Assembly: GCA_964410425.1 (NCBI GenBank)
Contig: CAYPGT010000002.1
Location: forward strand, 1 to 53,257
DNA: 53,257 bases
From: an uncultured Gammaproteobacteria bacterium
GTDB lineage: Bacteria; Cyanobacteriota; Vampirovibrionia; LMEP-6097
Direction of reading: 5' to 3'
Part shown: positions 18,886-27,696 of the stretch, one piece after another
Layout of the letters: every line of letters begins with the position of its first letter
Numbering within the stretch: position 1 is the first letter of the stretch
The notes under the pieces: generated by a model
What the model saw: only the letters and a program-made list of their open reading frames with translations
What the model was told of the DNA's origin: nothing
The model's database searches: none
Made by a program: the position numbers and the translations under genes

Positions 18886-20129
18886 ATAGCTTTCTCCTGA
18901 GCTTTTTTATTTAAGATGAGCATCTCATTATCCAAACTATATTTAGAGATATCTAGAAGTCTAAACGCCTTGAGATAGCGCATAATACTTAGCTTCACTC
19001 TATCCTTTAAATATTGATCGATCTCTATATCCTTGGTAAATTTTTGTGCTTCTTTTTTAATCTCTTGGAACTCTGGTTTAGCAAAAACATAATGACCAGC
19101 AATAATAGCCCGTTCACGCTTGCCAGCATTAGTATTAGGCAACATCCACTTATCCCATTTATTAGAGTTGTAAGCCAGGTTAATAAATCTATCTGCAAGT
19201 TCTGGTAACTTGTGATCTTCCAAAAGTTTCAAGAAAGCTCTCGTCTCTTCTACACCAAACTCAGGCGCAACATTAGCAGCATGGATACCAAACTTGGGAT
19301 GCCAGCTCAAAGCCTCATCAGAAAGGTAATCAGTATTATGCTCCTTCATAAATATATTGTACTTATTACAAAGTTCTATCATTTGCGGCACTTGAATCTC
19401 TGCAGGCAGTTCACCAATGATTCTCAGCGGCCAATCAAAAGTACCGACGTTCTTAGTCTCCATTACTTTAGTACCAGTTTGTATAACTATAAAAGTAGGT
19501 TTTTGAATTTTACTCTTATCGCAAAAACTCAACACATTCTGCAAAACATATTCAAGCTGCTCGCGAGTGTTAGTACCACCACTCTGCTCTTCAGTACCTA
19601 TCTCGAAAGCTATATCCTTACTAGCTTTCTGTGCAACGCTAGTACAAAATTCCAGTAACTCATAAACTCTATCTAGTATCTGATCAGTGCTAGAGGTACC
19701 AAAAATATCTTCGCTCGGATCTATATGTATAACTTCAAACCCTGACAGAATATCAGCTTCATAAGATTTCTTCGCAGATTCCATCGCTCGCTTCAGACTC
19801 AGCTTCTGCTCTTTCTCAATAGTGTTCTGCCATGGTCCACCGTGGTCGCGAGCCAGAATAATAAATCCCTTCTTATCCTGATCAATAACATAGCGAGAGT
19901 ATTCTTCTGTAGTCCAATTATTAACGTAACCACCACCAAAAGCTTCAGAGTCAATCTGACGGCGAGAAGCTATAAGCATAAGTGGTACTTGATGATCATT
20001 AGCAAGCTCTATGCTGGCATCAACACAATTCTTACTCATCGGACCCACACCTAATAAAGTGCAGCGTCTCTTCTTCATTAAATTTTCTAAGCGGTCTTTT
20101 ATCATCGCAGACCTTATTATTCTACCCAA
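18882..20129 (-). CDS. GatZ/KbaZ-family protein (class II tagatose-bisphosphate aldolase accessory / sugar-phosphate epimerase family)
   Basis: 415 aa. LLGVGPMSKNCVDASIELANDHQVPLMLIASRRQID fits the family N-terminus. The track start at 20129 is TTG; the in-frame ATG at 20105 (MIKDRLENL) is an equally plausible start. Confidence 0.7.
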   Translation of the reverse strand: MGRIIRSAMIKDRLENLMKKRRCTLLGVGPMSKNCVDASIELANDHQVPLMLIASRRQIDSEAFGGGYVNNWTTEEYSRYVIDQDKKGFIILARDHGGPWQNTIEKEQKLSLKRAMESAKKSYEADILSGFEVIHIDPSEDIFGTSSTDQILDRVYELLEFCTSVAQKASKDIAFEIGTEEQSGGTNTREQLEYVLQNVLSFCDKSKIQKPTFIVIQTGTKVMETKNVGTFDWPLRIIGELPAEIQVPQMIELCNKYNIFMKEHNTDYLSDEALSWHPKFGIHAANVAPEFGVEETRAFLKLLEDHKLPELADRFINLAYNSNKWDKWMLPNTNAGKRERAIIAGHYVFAKPEFQEIKKEAQKFTKDIEIDQYLKDRVKLSIMRYLKAFRLLDISKYSLDNEMLILNKKAQEKAI

Positions 20130-20241
20130 TATTAGGATAATATTTGAAATACATATTATCCTGAGGATTAATTAAACTTGTAACTACTCACCTCCTTGAT
20201 ATAATATTTTCTTTTTAATCCTTAAATCTAGGATGGGATCT

Positions 20242-20279
20242 GGGTTCCGCCGCTTCGCGGCGTTTGCGCTGCGCGCGGC
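20242..20279. repeat. GC-rich hairpin-forming intergenic element, copy 3
   Basis: gggttccgccgcttcgcggcgtttgcgctgcgcgcggc. cgccgc-ttc-gcggcg forms a perfect 6-bp GC stem, followed by a gcgc-tgc-gcgc block. Confidence 0.65.
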
Positions 20280-20307
20280 TTAATATAGTAAATTATTAGC
20301 CGTTCGA

Positions 20308-20354
20308 AGGCGCGTAACCATAACATAAAATAAGATTTAGATAGATTAATAATT
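20308..20354. repeat. ~40-nt intergenic repeat, copy 2
   Basis: aggcgcgtaaccataacataaaataagatttagatagattaataatt; see 15894-15934. Lies about 20 nt downstream of the stop of the minus-strand HAD gene. Confidence 0.55.
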
Positions 20355-20372
20355 ATTTGGTCGGCTGAGTAG

Positions 20373-20870
20373 TTACTTCTTTAACTCCAAAATTTTATCA
20401 GGGTTATAAGCACCGAAAAACTTCTCTAAAATATGGCGGCAAGCTTCCGAGACCGCTCTATCGCCTCCAGCCCGCTTGCAGACATAGTCAGCATGCTCAG
20501 CTGTGTAAGCATCAGAAGCTGCCGGGGCAATGCTATAGCCGACCTCACGAAATACCATATAGTCAAAGATCCCGTCACCCATATATATAACTTCTTCTGG
20601 CTTGTATCGTTCCTTAATCCAGTCAATACGATTAAAAGTACTAACAAGATCAAGAGGATACTTCATATCCTCTTCCACACGTTTCTTAGTAACAGAGAAA
20701 CCTCTCTTATCCCCGCTGACAAAACGAATCTCAAGTAAATCTTCGACTAGCGTCAGAGCATCATTGTCATCCGCGCCAAACTCCTTCATCACCTTACCGT
20801 GCTCACTATAAAAAAATCTTCCTGTGTTGAGAACTCCGTCGACATCTAGAATAAAGACCTTGGGCTGCAT
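20373..20870 (-). CDS. HAD-IIIA phosphatase, KdsC-like (phospho-sugar phosphatase)
   Basis: Start set to the internal ATG at 20870 (MQPKVFILDVDGVLNTG...), giving a 165-aa KdsC-size protein with DVDGVL, SGDKR and YMGDGIFD motifs. The longer track ORF (to 21044) overlaps the divergent GT2 gene. Confidence 0.78.
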   Translation of the reverse strand: MQPKVFILDVDGVLNTGRFFYSEHGKVMKEFGADDNDALTLVEDLLEIRFVSGDKRGFSVTKKRVEEDMKYPLDLVSTFNRIDWIKERYKPEEVIYMGDGIFDYMVFREVGYSIAPAASDAYTAEHADYVCKRAGGDRAVSEACRHILEKFFGAYNPDKILELKK

Positions 20871-20901
20871 ATATATGAATTGTATTATATAATTTCTATT
20901 T

Positions 20902-21717
20902 ATGGCTGACCGACCAAAGCTAATGTTATTTATCCCCATGTATAACTGCGAAAAGCAGATTCCACGCGTTCTTAGTAAGTTCAGCGAAGAAATACAGAAG
21001 CTTTTTACTGAGATCATAATAATTGATAATGGTAGTAAAGACAAAAGCTTAGATGCTGCTCAAACTGGATTAGAAAAACTAAACTACGTTAAAACTACAT
21101 TACTACAAAATTGTGACAATTATAATTTAGGTGGTTCTCATAAAGTAGCTTTTAATTACGCATTAGAGCAAGGCTATGATTACGTCGCAGTGCTGCATGG
21201 CGACGACCAGGGTGAGGTAAGCGATTTTGTACCACATCTGATCAGTGCTGAATACCAAACTTATGACTCCTTCTTAGGCTCAAGATTCCACAAAGATTCT
21301 AAGCTAATTCATTACCCTGCATTTAGAGCTTGGGGTAATATCGGGCTCAATTTATTATGCTCAATAATCACTGGCTATTGGATTACAGACATGGGAGCAG
21401 GTTTGAACATATATAGTACAAGCTACCTAAAAAATAAATTTTACTTATACTTTCCAAACAATCTTACTTTCAATGTATTCATGTTGTTCTATGGTTGCCA
21501 TGTGAGATCTCGATTCAAGTTCTTCCCTTTAGTTTGGAAGGAAGAAGATCAAATCAGCAACGCGAAAGTATTTCAGCAGGGCTTTAGAATACTTTATTTA
21601 CTCCTAGAGTATCTTTTCACACGCAAGCAACTCTTCTCTGGCACTGAAAATGAGTGGTCTCAAATTGATTATCAGTCTAAGACTATATTTAGTAGCAACC
21701 CACAAGCAAGCTTATAG
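20902..21717 (+). CDS. glycosyltransferase family 2
   Basis: 271 aa. LFIPMYNCEKQIPRVL ... IIIIDNGSKDKS ... VLHGDDQ (GT2 DxD-type region). Confidence 0.82.
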   Translation: MADRPKLMLFIPMYNCEKQIPRVLSKFSEEIQKLFTEIIIIDNGSKDKSLDAAQTGLEKLNYVKTTLLQNCDNYNLGGSHKVAFNYALEQGYDYVAVLHGDDQGEVSDFVPHLISAEYQTYDSFLGSRFHKDSKLIHYPAFRAWGNIGLNLLCSIITGYWITDMGAGLNIYSTSYLKNKFYLYFPNNLTFNVFMLFYGCHVRSRFKFFPLVWKEEDQISNAKVFQQGFRILYLLLEYLFTRKQLFSGTENEWSQIDYQSKTIFSSNPQASL

Positions 21718-22944
21718 AAATATAGCTGGCACTTGATATATATTTTCAGAGATCTGCTCAATCTCATCACCGTTGTTTATGACTATCCCATAAGGGCAAG
21801 CTTGCTCTTCAATAAAGCTAGTCATGGCTCTTAACTGATCACTCTTAGTAAAACTTCCAGATTTAATTTCGATAGGAATAATACCAAACTTACCTTCTAT
21901 AATGAAATCAATTTCAGCTTGATGATGAGTTCGATAGAAATAGTAGTCAGCTTTTATAAATAAGGATTCAAGATTTTTTATAAGCTGTTCAATCACAAAA
22001 GCTTCCCAAATATTACCAAAACTTGGATGAGCGATCAAATCTTCCACGCTATTAATGTTCAACAGAAAATTTATAATATTGGTATTCCTTATATAGCCCT
22101 TCGGCATTTTCACTAGTCGCTTCTTAGTATTTTTAGAATAACAAAGAAGCTTTCTCCAAATGAAAGTACCTTCTGCTATATCAAGGTAGCTTTTTATAGT
22201 TGGCTGAGACACATCTAAAGAGCTTGCAAAGTTAGATGCCTTGAATAAGTCTCCAGAAGAGAAACATAGCATTTTAATAAATCTTCGATATGCGTCAATA
22301 TTAAGTTGGGGAAACAAAGCTCTTATATCTCTTTCAATATAGGACTTAATATAGTTCTCTTGCCAAAGCTGGTATTTCAGAGAATCTTTACGTTCTAAAA
22401 AAGGTTCTGGATATAAACCATTTAAGCAAAGCTCATACAATTCAGGTCGCGTATAAATAGGTTTGAGTTTCTTGAACGATTCTGGAGAATTAAGATTCTC
22501 ATAAAGTTTAGATTGTTTTTTCTGTAACGCTTCATTCCAACTAAAAGTGGGGACTTCAATCATAGCTATCCTTCCAGCTAAAGATTCACTTATACCTTTA
22601 ATTAAATGAGGAGAGCTCGAACCACTGATCAAGAATTGACCATTTTGTTTTCTATTCTTGTCAATCTGCACTCTCAGAGCAGAAAATAATTCTGGATACA
22701 GTTGCGCTTCATCAAAAACAAGGGGACCTTTATTCTCCTTAAATATCAAATCCAATCTACCTGGATCAGTGATTCTTTCATAATCTGGGGCGTGTTCAAG
22801 ATCAAAAAATTTAGCTTTAGGCAATACTCTCTTTAGCAAGGTAGATTTACCAACCTGCCTAGCGCCCAGAAGCGCTACGCAGGGGAATTTATCGAGTAAG
22901 GTTTTAACAGACTTCTCAAGCTCTCTTTTTATAATAGCGGACAT
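21712..22944 (-). CDS. AAA-type ATPase with DUF4143-like C-terminal domain
   Basis: 410 aa. Walker A LLGARQVGKSTL, Walker B-like LVFDEAQ. Overall layout matches the widespread ATP-binding protein family carrying DUF4143. Confidence 0.8.
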   Translation of the reverse strand: MSAIIKRELEKSVKTLLDKFPCVALLGARQVGKSTLLKRVLPKAKFFDLEHAPDYERITDPGRLDLIFKENKGPLVFDEAQLYPELFSALRVQIDKNRKQNGQFLISGSSSPHLIKGISESLAGRIAMIEVPTFSWNEALQKKQSKLYENLNSPESFKKLKPIYTRPELYELCLNGLYPEPFLERKDSLKYQLWQENYIKSYIERDIRALFPQLNIDAYRRFIKMLCFSSGDLFKASNFASSLDVSQPTIKSYLDIAEGTFIWRKLLCYSKNTKKRLVKMPKGYIRNTNIINFLLNINSVEDLIAHPSFGNIWEAFVIEQLIKNLESLFIKADYYFYRTHHQAEIDFIIEGKFGIIPIEIKSGSFTKSDQLRAMTSFIEEQACPYGIVINNGDEIEQISENIYQVPAIFL

Positions 22945-23038
22945 TACTAAAGTCTAACTTTAATATTACACGGTGTCAAGTAGCAATAAGAATCCCAATT
23001 AAAACCTATTTTATACTATACTTTGTGATGTAAGAAAC

Positions 23039-24628
23039 ATGTTAACGATGGAATTAATCAAGAAAAACAAAGAACTCATTATTTTAGCCGCTATCGCTTT
23101 GTTTGTTAGGTTCTCATATCAACTACCAGTATTGTTTATAGATGACTCAGTAAAGTTTTTTGTACCATTACAAATCGTCTACAATCACGATTTCAGCTGG
23201 ATTTTTTCTACTATAAACTTCAGTCTCTTACATCGAATCATAAGTTATTTCATTCAGTCACTCGATAGCGGATCAGTAGCCAATATGATAATCCTAGAAA
23301 AGTTTTTTGGAGTCCTTTCAACAATAGTGTTTTACAGACTATTGCTTAAACTAACTCAACAAAGAAAACTTCTCAGCCTTGCAGTAGCATTGATTTTTTC
23401 CCTTAATCCACTCATGCTCTACATAGAACAAATCATAATGCCCGAAGCATTGTTCTTGTTCTTACAATTACTAGCCAGTTTAATGTTTTATAAGTTTCTT
23501 GAAACCAAAAATCAAACCAAATACATCTACGCTCTAGGCATGGGCGTTTTAGCTGGACTCATAGTTATAACTAAGCATAGCGGAGAGACCTGGTCTAATG
23601 CAGTACTCGTAACAGTAGTGGTCTTAGGCATAGTTCAATTCCTCAAGGATAAGAATAAAAGCCTTCTTATTCTAGGATTAATTTTAATTAGCACTAACTT
23701 TCTAATTAAGCTGCCAATCATGTTACACAACCAACAAAAACATGGAGTATTTGCAGTAAGCCTATTTGACGTAAAAGGTGCATTACTACTAGCCCTTACT
23801 CCCGAAATGATAGAGAATAATCCTTCTAATAAATATCCCTTCTTAACTGAAACTATTAAGCAATATACTAAATATTTCGAGACCAAATTTAGCACAAACG
23901 ACAATCGACGAGAGGCTTTTGAGAAAGCAATCTATACACTAAATATACCTGGACGTGAAGGACAATTACAGAACCCCATCACCGGTCAAAGAATATCTTC
24001 CAGAGAATGGTCTCAAATAACTGCAGAATATTTCGTAAGCACTGTCATCAAGAATCCGATAAAAACTATCAAGAGGATCTGTCAGGTTTCGCTTCCAAGC
24101 TTAATCAACAGCAATAATTTAACCCTAAATGAATTTCGTAAATCTCTCAGACCTGGGCTGAATTATGAAGTTATGCAGTTCACCCTAGAGCCCTATTCGT
24201 TTAAGGAGCAACTTGATCCTAAATTAAAGAATTGCAGAATAGTGAAAGGTACTGAGCTAGAACAATTCAAGGATCATCATGAGAAAGAATTTTTATTAAT
24301 GTATGGCAGAGACTCTAATACAGCATTTGTTATAGAGAAGCGAGGTTTATCATTATGGATACAAGACTTATTCACTAGTTTTTCTCCCGACAAAATTACC
24401 TTTACTCTGTTTACTCTGAGTCTAATTTATTTCCTAATTAACATTAAAGGACTAAGACCTAGTTTATTTCAACTATATATACTTGCAACTACACTACTCT
24501 ACTTCCTTCTACCCCTACTTATTACCAGCGGAGAACCTCGGTACAGACTGCAATTCATACCCTTTATGTTGCTATTTAGCACTTATATACTGGCTACTAT
24601 CCTTAATAGTAAAGAGAGTAAGACATGA
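23039..24628 (+). CDS. polytopic membrane protein, GT-C-like candidate (tandem paralogue 1)
   Basis: 529 aa. Acidic IDDSVKFFVPL after the first hydrophobic segment, many TM-like segments, C-terminal GEPRYRLQFIPFMLLF shared with the next gene. Confidence 0.5.
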   Translation: MLTMELIKKNKELIILAAIALFVRFSYQLPVLFIDDSVKFFVPLQIVYNHDFSWIFSTINFSLLHRIISYFIQSLDSGSVANMIILEKFFGVLSTIVFYRLLLKLTQQRKLLSLAVALIFSLNPLMLYIEQIIMPEALFLFLQLLASLMFYKFLETKNQTKYIYALGMGVLAGLIVITKHSGETWSNAVLVTVVVLGIVQFLKDKNKSLLILGLILISTNFLIKLPIMLHNQQKHGVFAVSLFDVKGALLLALTPEMIENNPSNKYPFLTETIKQYTKYFETKFSTNDNRREAFEKAIYTLNIPGREGQLQNPITGQRISSREWSQITAEYFVSTVIKNPIKTIKRICQVSLPSLINSNNLTLNEFRKSLRPGLNYEVMQFTLEPYSFKEQLDPKLKNCRIVKGTELEQFKDHHEKEFLLMYGRDSNTAFVIEKRGLSLWIQDLFTSFSPDKITFTLFTLSLIYFLINIKGLRPSLFQLYILATTLLYFLLPLLITSGEPRYRLQFIPFMLLFSTYILATILNSKESKT

Positions 24629-26205
24629 ACACTATTCTAAAAGAGCAACGCTATCCACTATTAATCATATTTATATCTGCTTTAGTAAGATTCACTAACA
24701 ATATACCCGTACTATTTATCGATGACTCTGTAAAATATTTTGTCCCCCTACCGATAATCGAAGCGCATAATTTCAATTGGGTATTGGACACCATAAATTT
24801 CAGCTTATTACAAAGAGTTCTGAGCTACTTTGTTCAATCGTTTGATAACGGTTCTGTAATAAACTTAGTAGTAATCAACAAGACTCTAGCGATTGCTTCT
24901 GCTTTAATCTTCTACTTCATTGCCATTAAATTAAGCCAAGGTAGACAGGGATTGAGCTTCATTGCAACGCTAATCTTCACACTTGATCCCCTAAATCTAT
25001 ATATAGAGCAAGTGATAATGCCTGAATCTGTTTTCATTTTTCTGATTCTTAGTGCAAGTTTATTTATCATCAAGATGTTTGAACGTGACAGATATATGTA
25101 TCTGTATGCAATCATGACAGGTCTATGCTCTAGCTTAGCGAGTCTCACTAAAGAAACTGCTGTATCTTGGTTAATGATTTTAACCATCACCTTGCTTCTA
25201 ATTGGTATTTATGAAGCTATCAAACTCTCTAATAAATCGATGTTAATCGCAGCTATCTTGATCTGCTCAACAAATTTCCTAGTCAAGCTTCCCATGAGGC
25301 TCTATAACATGCAAAAACATCAGCAGTTTAAGGTCTCAGTTTATTCTACCTCCGGGGTAATTCTTTGGTCATTAACCGAAGACATGATCAGAAACAATCC
25401 TAGTAGCTTGTATCCTTGGATAACTCAAGGAATACTCGATTACACTAATAGCTTCAGAGCTAAATTGGGTCAAGGTTCTCCTAAGGATCAAGCTTTCTAT
25501 CAAGCCATCTCCATAGTTAACACTTTAGGCAGGGAGGGGAAGGTCATTCACCCGCAAACCCAGTCAACACTTAGCTCTGAGCAATGGGCTAAGATATGTT
25601 TAGATTACAGCATAGACACTATGTTAAAGAACCCTATATCTACTCTTTCAAGAATATTCACCTTGTCTTTGCCAAATTTATTCCTATCTTCTAATTTACA
25701 CTTGAATAATTTTCGTGGCTCACTCAAGAAAGACCTGGACTATGAAGTCCCAGAATATACCTTAATACCATTCTCACTTAAACTAAACGTAGACCCACCC
25801 GTGGACAGTAAGCCGATGATCATTGGCAAGGATGCTATCAATCAGTTCAAAGAAGCTCAGAGTAAGAAATCCTTTCTACTAATGATTAACAATGACACGG
25901 ATATAGCATTCACCTTAACCAAAAACAATATTTCTCTACTAATTCAAGATTTATTTCAAGACCTCACTTTTGCCAAAATTATTATTCCTGCGTTTTTTAT
26001 TTCTGTTTTAATATTCATTAGCAGTAAACCAAGCTTACTAAGTTCATTAACAGAACTCTACATTCTTGGCACAGCTCTATTCTATGCCCTATTTCCGATG
26101 ATATTAGTGCAAGGAGAACCGAGATATAGACTGCAATTTATACCGTTTATGTTGCTGTTTATTGTATATCTGATTAGCTCCAGGAAAAACAGAAAGATCA
26201 AATAG
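24625..26205 (+). CDS. polytopic membrane protein, GT-C-like candidate (tandem paralogue 2)
   Basis: 526 aa. ATGA overlap with the preceding gene. Colinear similarity throughout (IDDSVKYFVPL, NFSLLQRVLSYFVQSFDNGSV, GEPRYRLQFIPFMLLF). Confidence 0.5.
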   Translation: MNTILKEQRYPLLIIFISALVRFTNNIPVLFIDDSVKYFVPLPIIEAHNFNWVLDTINFSLLQRVLSYFVQSFDNGSVINLVVINKTLAIASALIFYFIAIKLSQGRQGLSFIATLIFTLDPLNLYIEQVIMPESVFIFLILSASLFIIKMFERDRYMYLYAIMTGLCSSLASLTKETAVSWLMILTITLLLIGIYEAIKLSNKSMLIAAILICSTNFLVKLPMRLYNMQKHQQFKVSVYSTSGVILWSLTEDMIRNNPSSLYPWITQGILDYTNSFRAKLGQGSPKDQAFYQAISIVNTLGREGKVIHPQTQSTLSSEQWAKICLDYSIDTMLKNPISTLSRIFTLSLPNLFLSSNLHLNNFRGSLKKDLDYEVPEYTLIPFSLKLNVDPPVDSKPMIIGKDAINQFKEAQSKKSFLLMINNDTDIAFTLTKNNISLLIQDLFQDLTFAKIIIPAFFISVLIFISSKPSLLSSLTELYILGTALFYALFPMILVQGEPRYRLQFIPFMLLFIVYLISSRKNRKIK

Positions 26206-27574
26206 ACTCATTGGTGCCAATTACAAAGAAGTTAGGGTTATCATTTTGGTTATTATATTCTGTTTTTATCCACTCAGGTGAGCGTGCAATCTTTGACAAC
26301 CTTACTTCATCTAACTGAGCCAAGTAAAATTGACTTCTACTTCCTTCATTAGATCGCGCACCGATAGTTACTGGAACAGAAGGTTGGTTAACAATATTAT
26401 TGGTTGATCCTGATCCATCGTTGTTTCCGTCAACATATACGGTGCTATTACCTCCTTGTACTTTAGTTCCAGTTAAAAATCTCCAAGAACCATTACTAAT
26501 ATTAGTAGTAGATCCCAAAAAATCATTGAAGTTAGGAGCTGATGCTGTAGACAGAAATACCCTGTCAATCCCACCACCATATATTCCAAAACCCCACTGA
26601 AATGTACTAGTACCACTTCCAGTTTTGCTAATTAAATGTTTATATGTAGAGGTGTCGGAACCTTTGTACCAAAGAGATACTGTCATACTAGAGCTAGCAA
26701 ATGATAGACTAACAGGGGTTCCCAAGCTGAAATAATCATTGACACCATCGAAGTTAATAGTTTTACCTAGTTTACCTGATAACAACTGACTAGTAGTCAT
26801 TGCTCCTACAGATGTGCCCATATTGTTATTACCACTAGAATCAATTAAAATTGAATTACTTGGATCATTCTGCATATGCCAAACACCAACGTATCCGTTA
26901 GTCCAAACACTCTGCCCACCTATCTCCGTTGCAGTTTGATTGCCAAAATAAATATAGAACTCATTATCAACACCCGCTTTCAAAGCGTCAGCCTTAAAAT
27001 GTAATTCTCCGGTTTTGTTTACTTTATCAACTGAAACTACCTCTCTAGCTAGTTCAGCTTTACCATCTGCTTTAGTTACTCTGATATCAGCGCCACTACT
27101 CTGTACTGTAGTAAAAAACTCACTTGGTAATATTCCGAGGTTTAAATACACAGGGAAGTCAGTTAAGTCTCCAGCAATCTTAGCCGCTTTAATAGTGATC
27201 TTAATTCGATTTGACCATGCTTGACTCATCCAATTCTCAGGCACAACAGGTCCTGTGGGCACCAACGATTCACTAATACTTATAGTCTTAGTTGTTATTG
27301 TTTCACTAACAGCATCTTTAACCTTAAGCTTTACACTATACGTTCCAGGTCCAGGGAAAACATAGGACCCATCTAGCTGAGTTGAGTCGGTGACTCCATC
27401 ACCATTAAAGTCCCATTCAACTGTTTTGGATGCATCAACACTCGGGCCGGGATGAAAAACAGTCGTATAGATAGTAATGAAATCCTCTTGAGAACTTGCT
27501 TTGCTATATATTGTATTAAAGAAAAATACTAAGGCTAAAGCTAAAGAAACTAGATTATGAGTTTTGATTTTCAT
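26198..27574 (-). CDS. secreted PKD / DUF2341 / LamG (concanavalin-like lectin) domain protein
   Basis: 458 aa. Signal-like N-terminus, PKD-like EWDFNGDG, DUF2341-like WSNRIKITIKAAKIAGDLTDFPVYLNL, and LamG-like VGVWHM...DSSGNNN...GKTINFDGVNDY...LDEVRLS. Confidence 0.78.
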   Translation of the reverse strand: MKIKTHNLVSLALALVFFFNTIYSKASSQEDFITIYTTVFHPGPSVDASKTVEWDFNGDGVTDSTQLDGSYVFPGPGTYSVKLKVKDAVSETITTKTISISESLVPTGPVVPENWMSQAWSNRIKITIKAAKIAGDLTDFPVYLNLGILPSEFFTTVQSSGADIRVTKADGKAELAREVVSVDKVNKTGELHFKADALKAGVDNEFYIYFGNQTATEIGGQSVWTNGYVGVWHMQNDPSNSILIDSSGNNNMGTSVGAMTTSQLLSGKLGKTINFDGVNDYFSLGTPVSLSFASSSMTVSLWYKGSDTSTYKHLISKTGSGTSTFQWGFGIYGGGIDRVFLSTASAPNFNDFLGSTTNISNGSWRFLTGTKVQGGNSTVYVDGNNDGSGSTNNIVNQPSVPVTIGARSNEGSRSQFYLAQLDEVRLSKIARSPEWIKTEYNNQNDNPNFFVIGTNESI

Positions 27575-27666
27575 TTTTCACTTTCACTCGTTCATTACGA
27601 GTCCTGTATATTCAGGTCATCTTAACTGATACCTTAATAATTTTTCAAGATTTTTTTAATTTTTTC

Positions 27667-27696
27667 TTGACAATTAGACTGATAATTTTTTAAGAT
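27667..27696 (+). promoter_or_regulatory. possible sigma70-type promoter for the giant gene
   Basis: TTGACA (27667-27672), 18-nt spacer, TAAGAT (27691-27696), about 19 nt upstream of the ATG at 27715. Pattern match only. Confidence 0.3.

Noticed and set aside
9593-20279. GC-rich repeats as a CRISPR array
   Set aside because: There are only three copies, separated by ~8.3 kb and ~2.3 kb of coding sequence. One copy is inverted, and there are no regular spacers or cas genes.
20296-20325. tRNA-like fragment (gccgttcgaaggcgcg contains a TTCGAA T-loop-like word)
   Set aside because: The flanks do not form a 5-bp T-stem, and no acceptor or anticodon arms can be drawn. No cloverleaf was found in any intergenic spacer of the window.
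20871-21044. N-terminal 58-aa extension of the HAD phosphatase ORF
   Set aside because: The extension overlaps the divergent GT2 gene start and is hydrophobic and low-complexity. The KdsC-like homology, including the catalytic DVDGVL, begins right after the internal Met at 20870.
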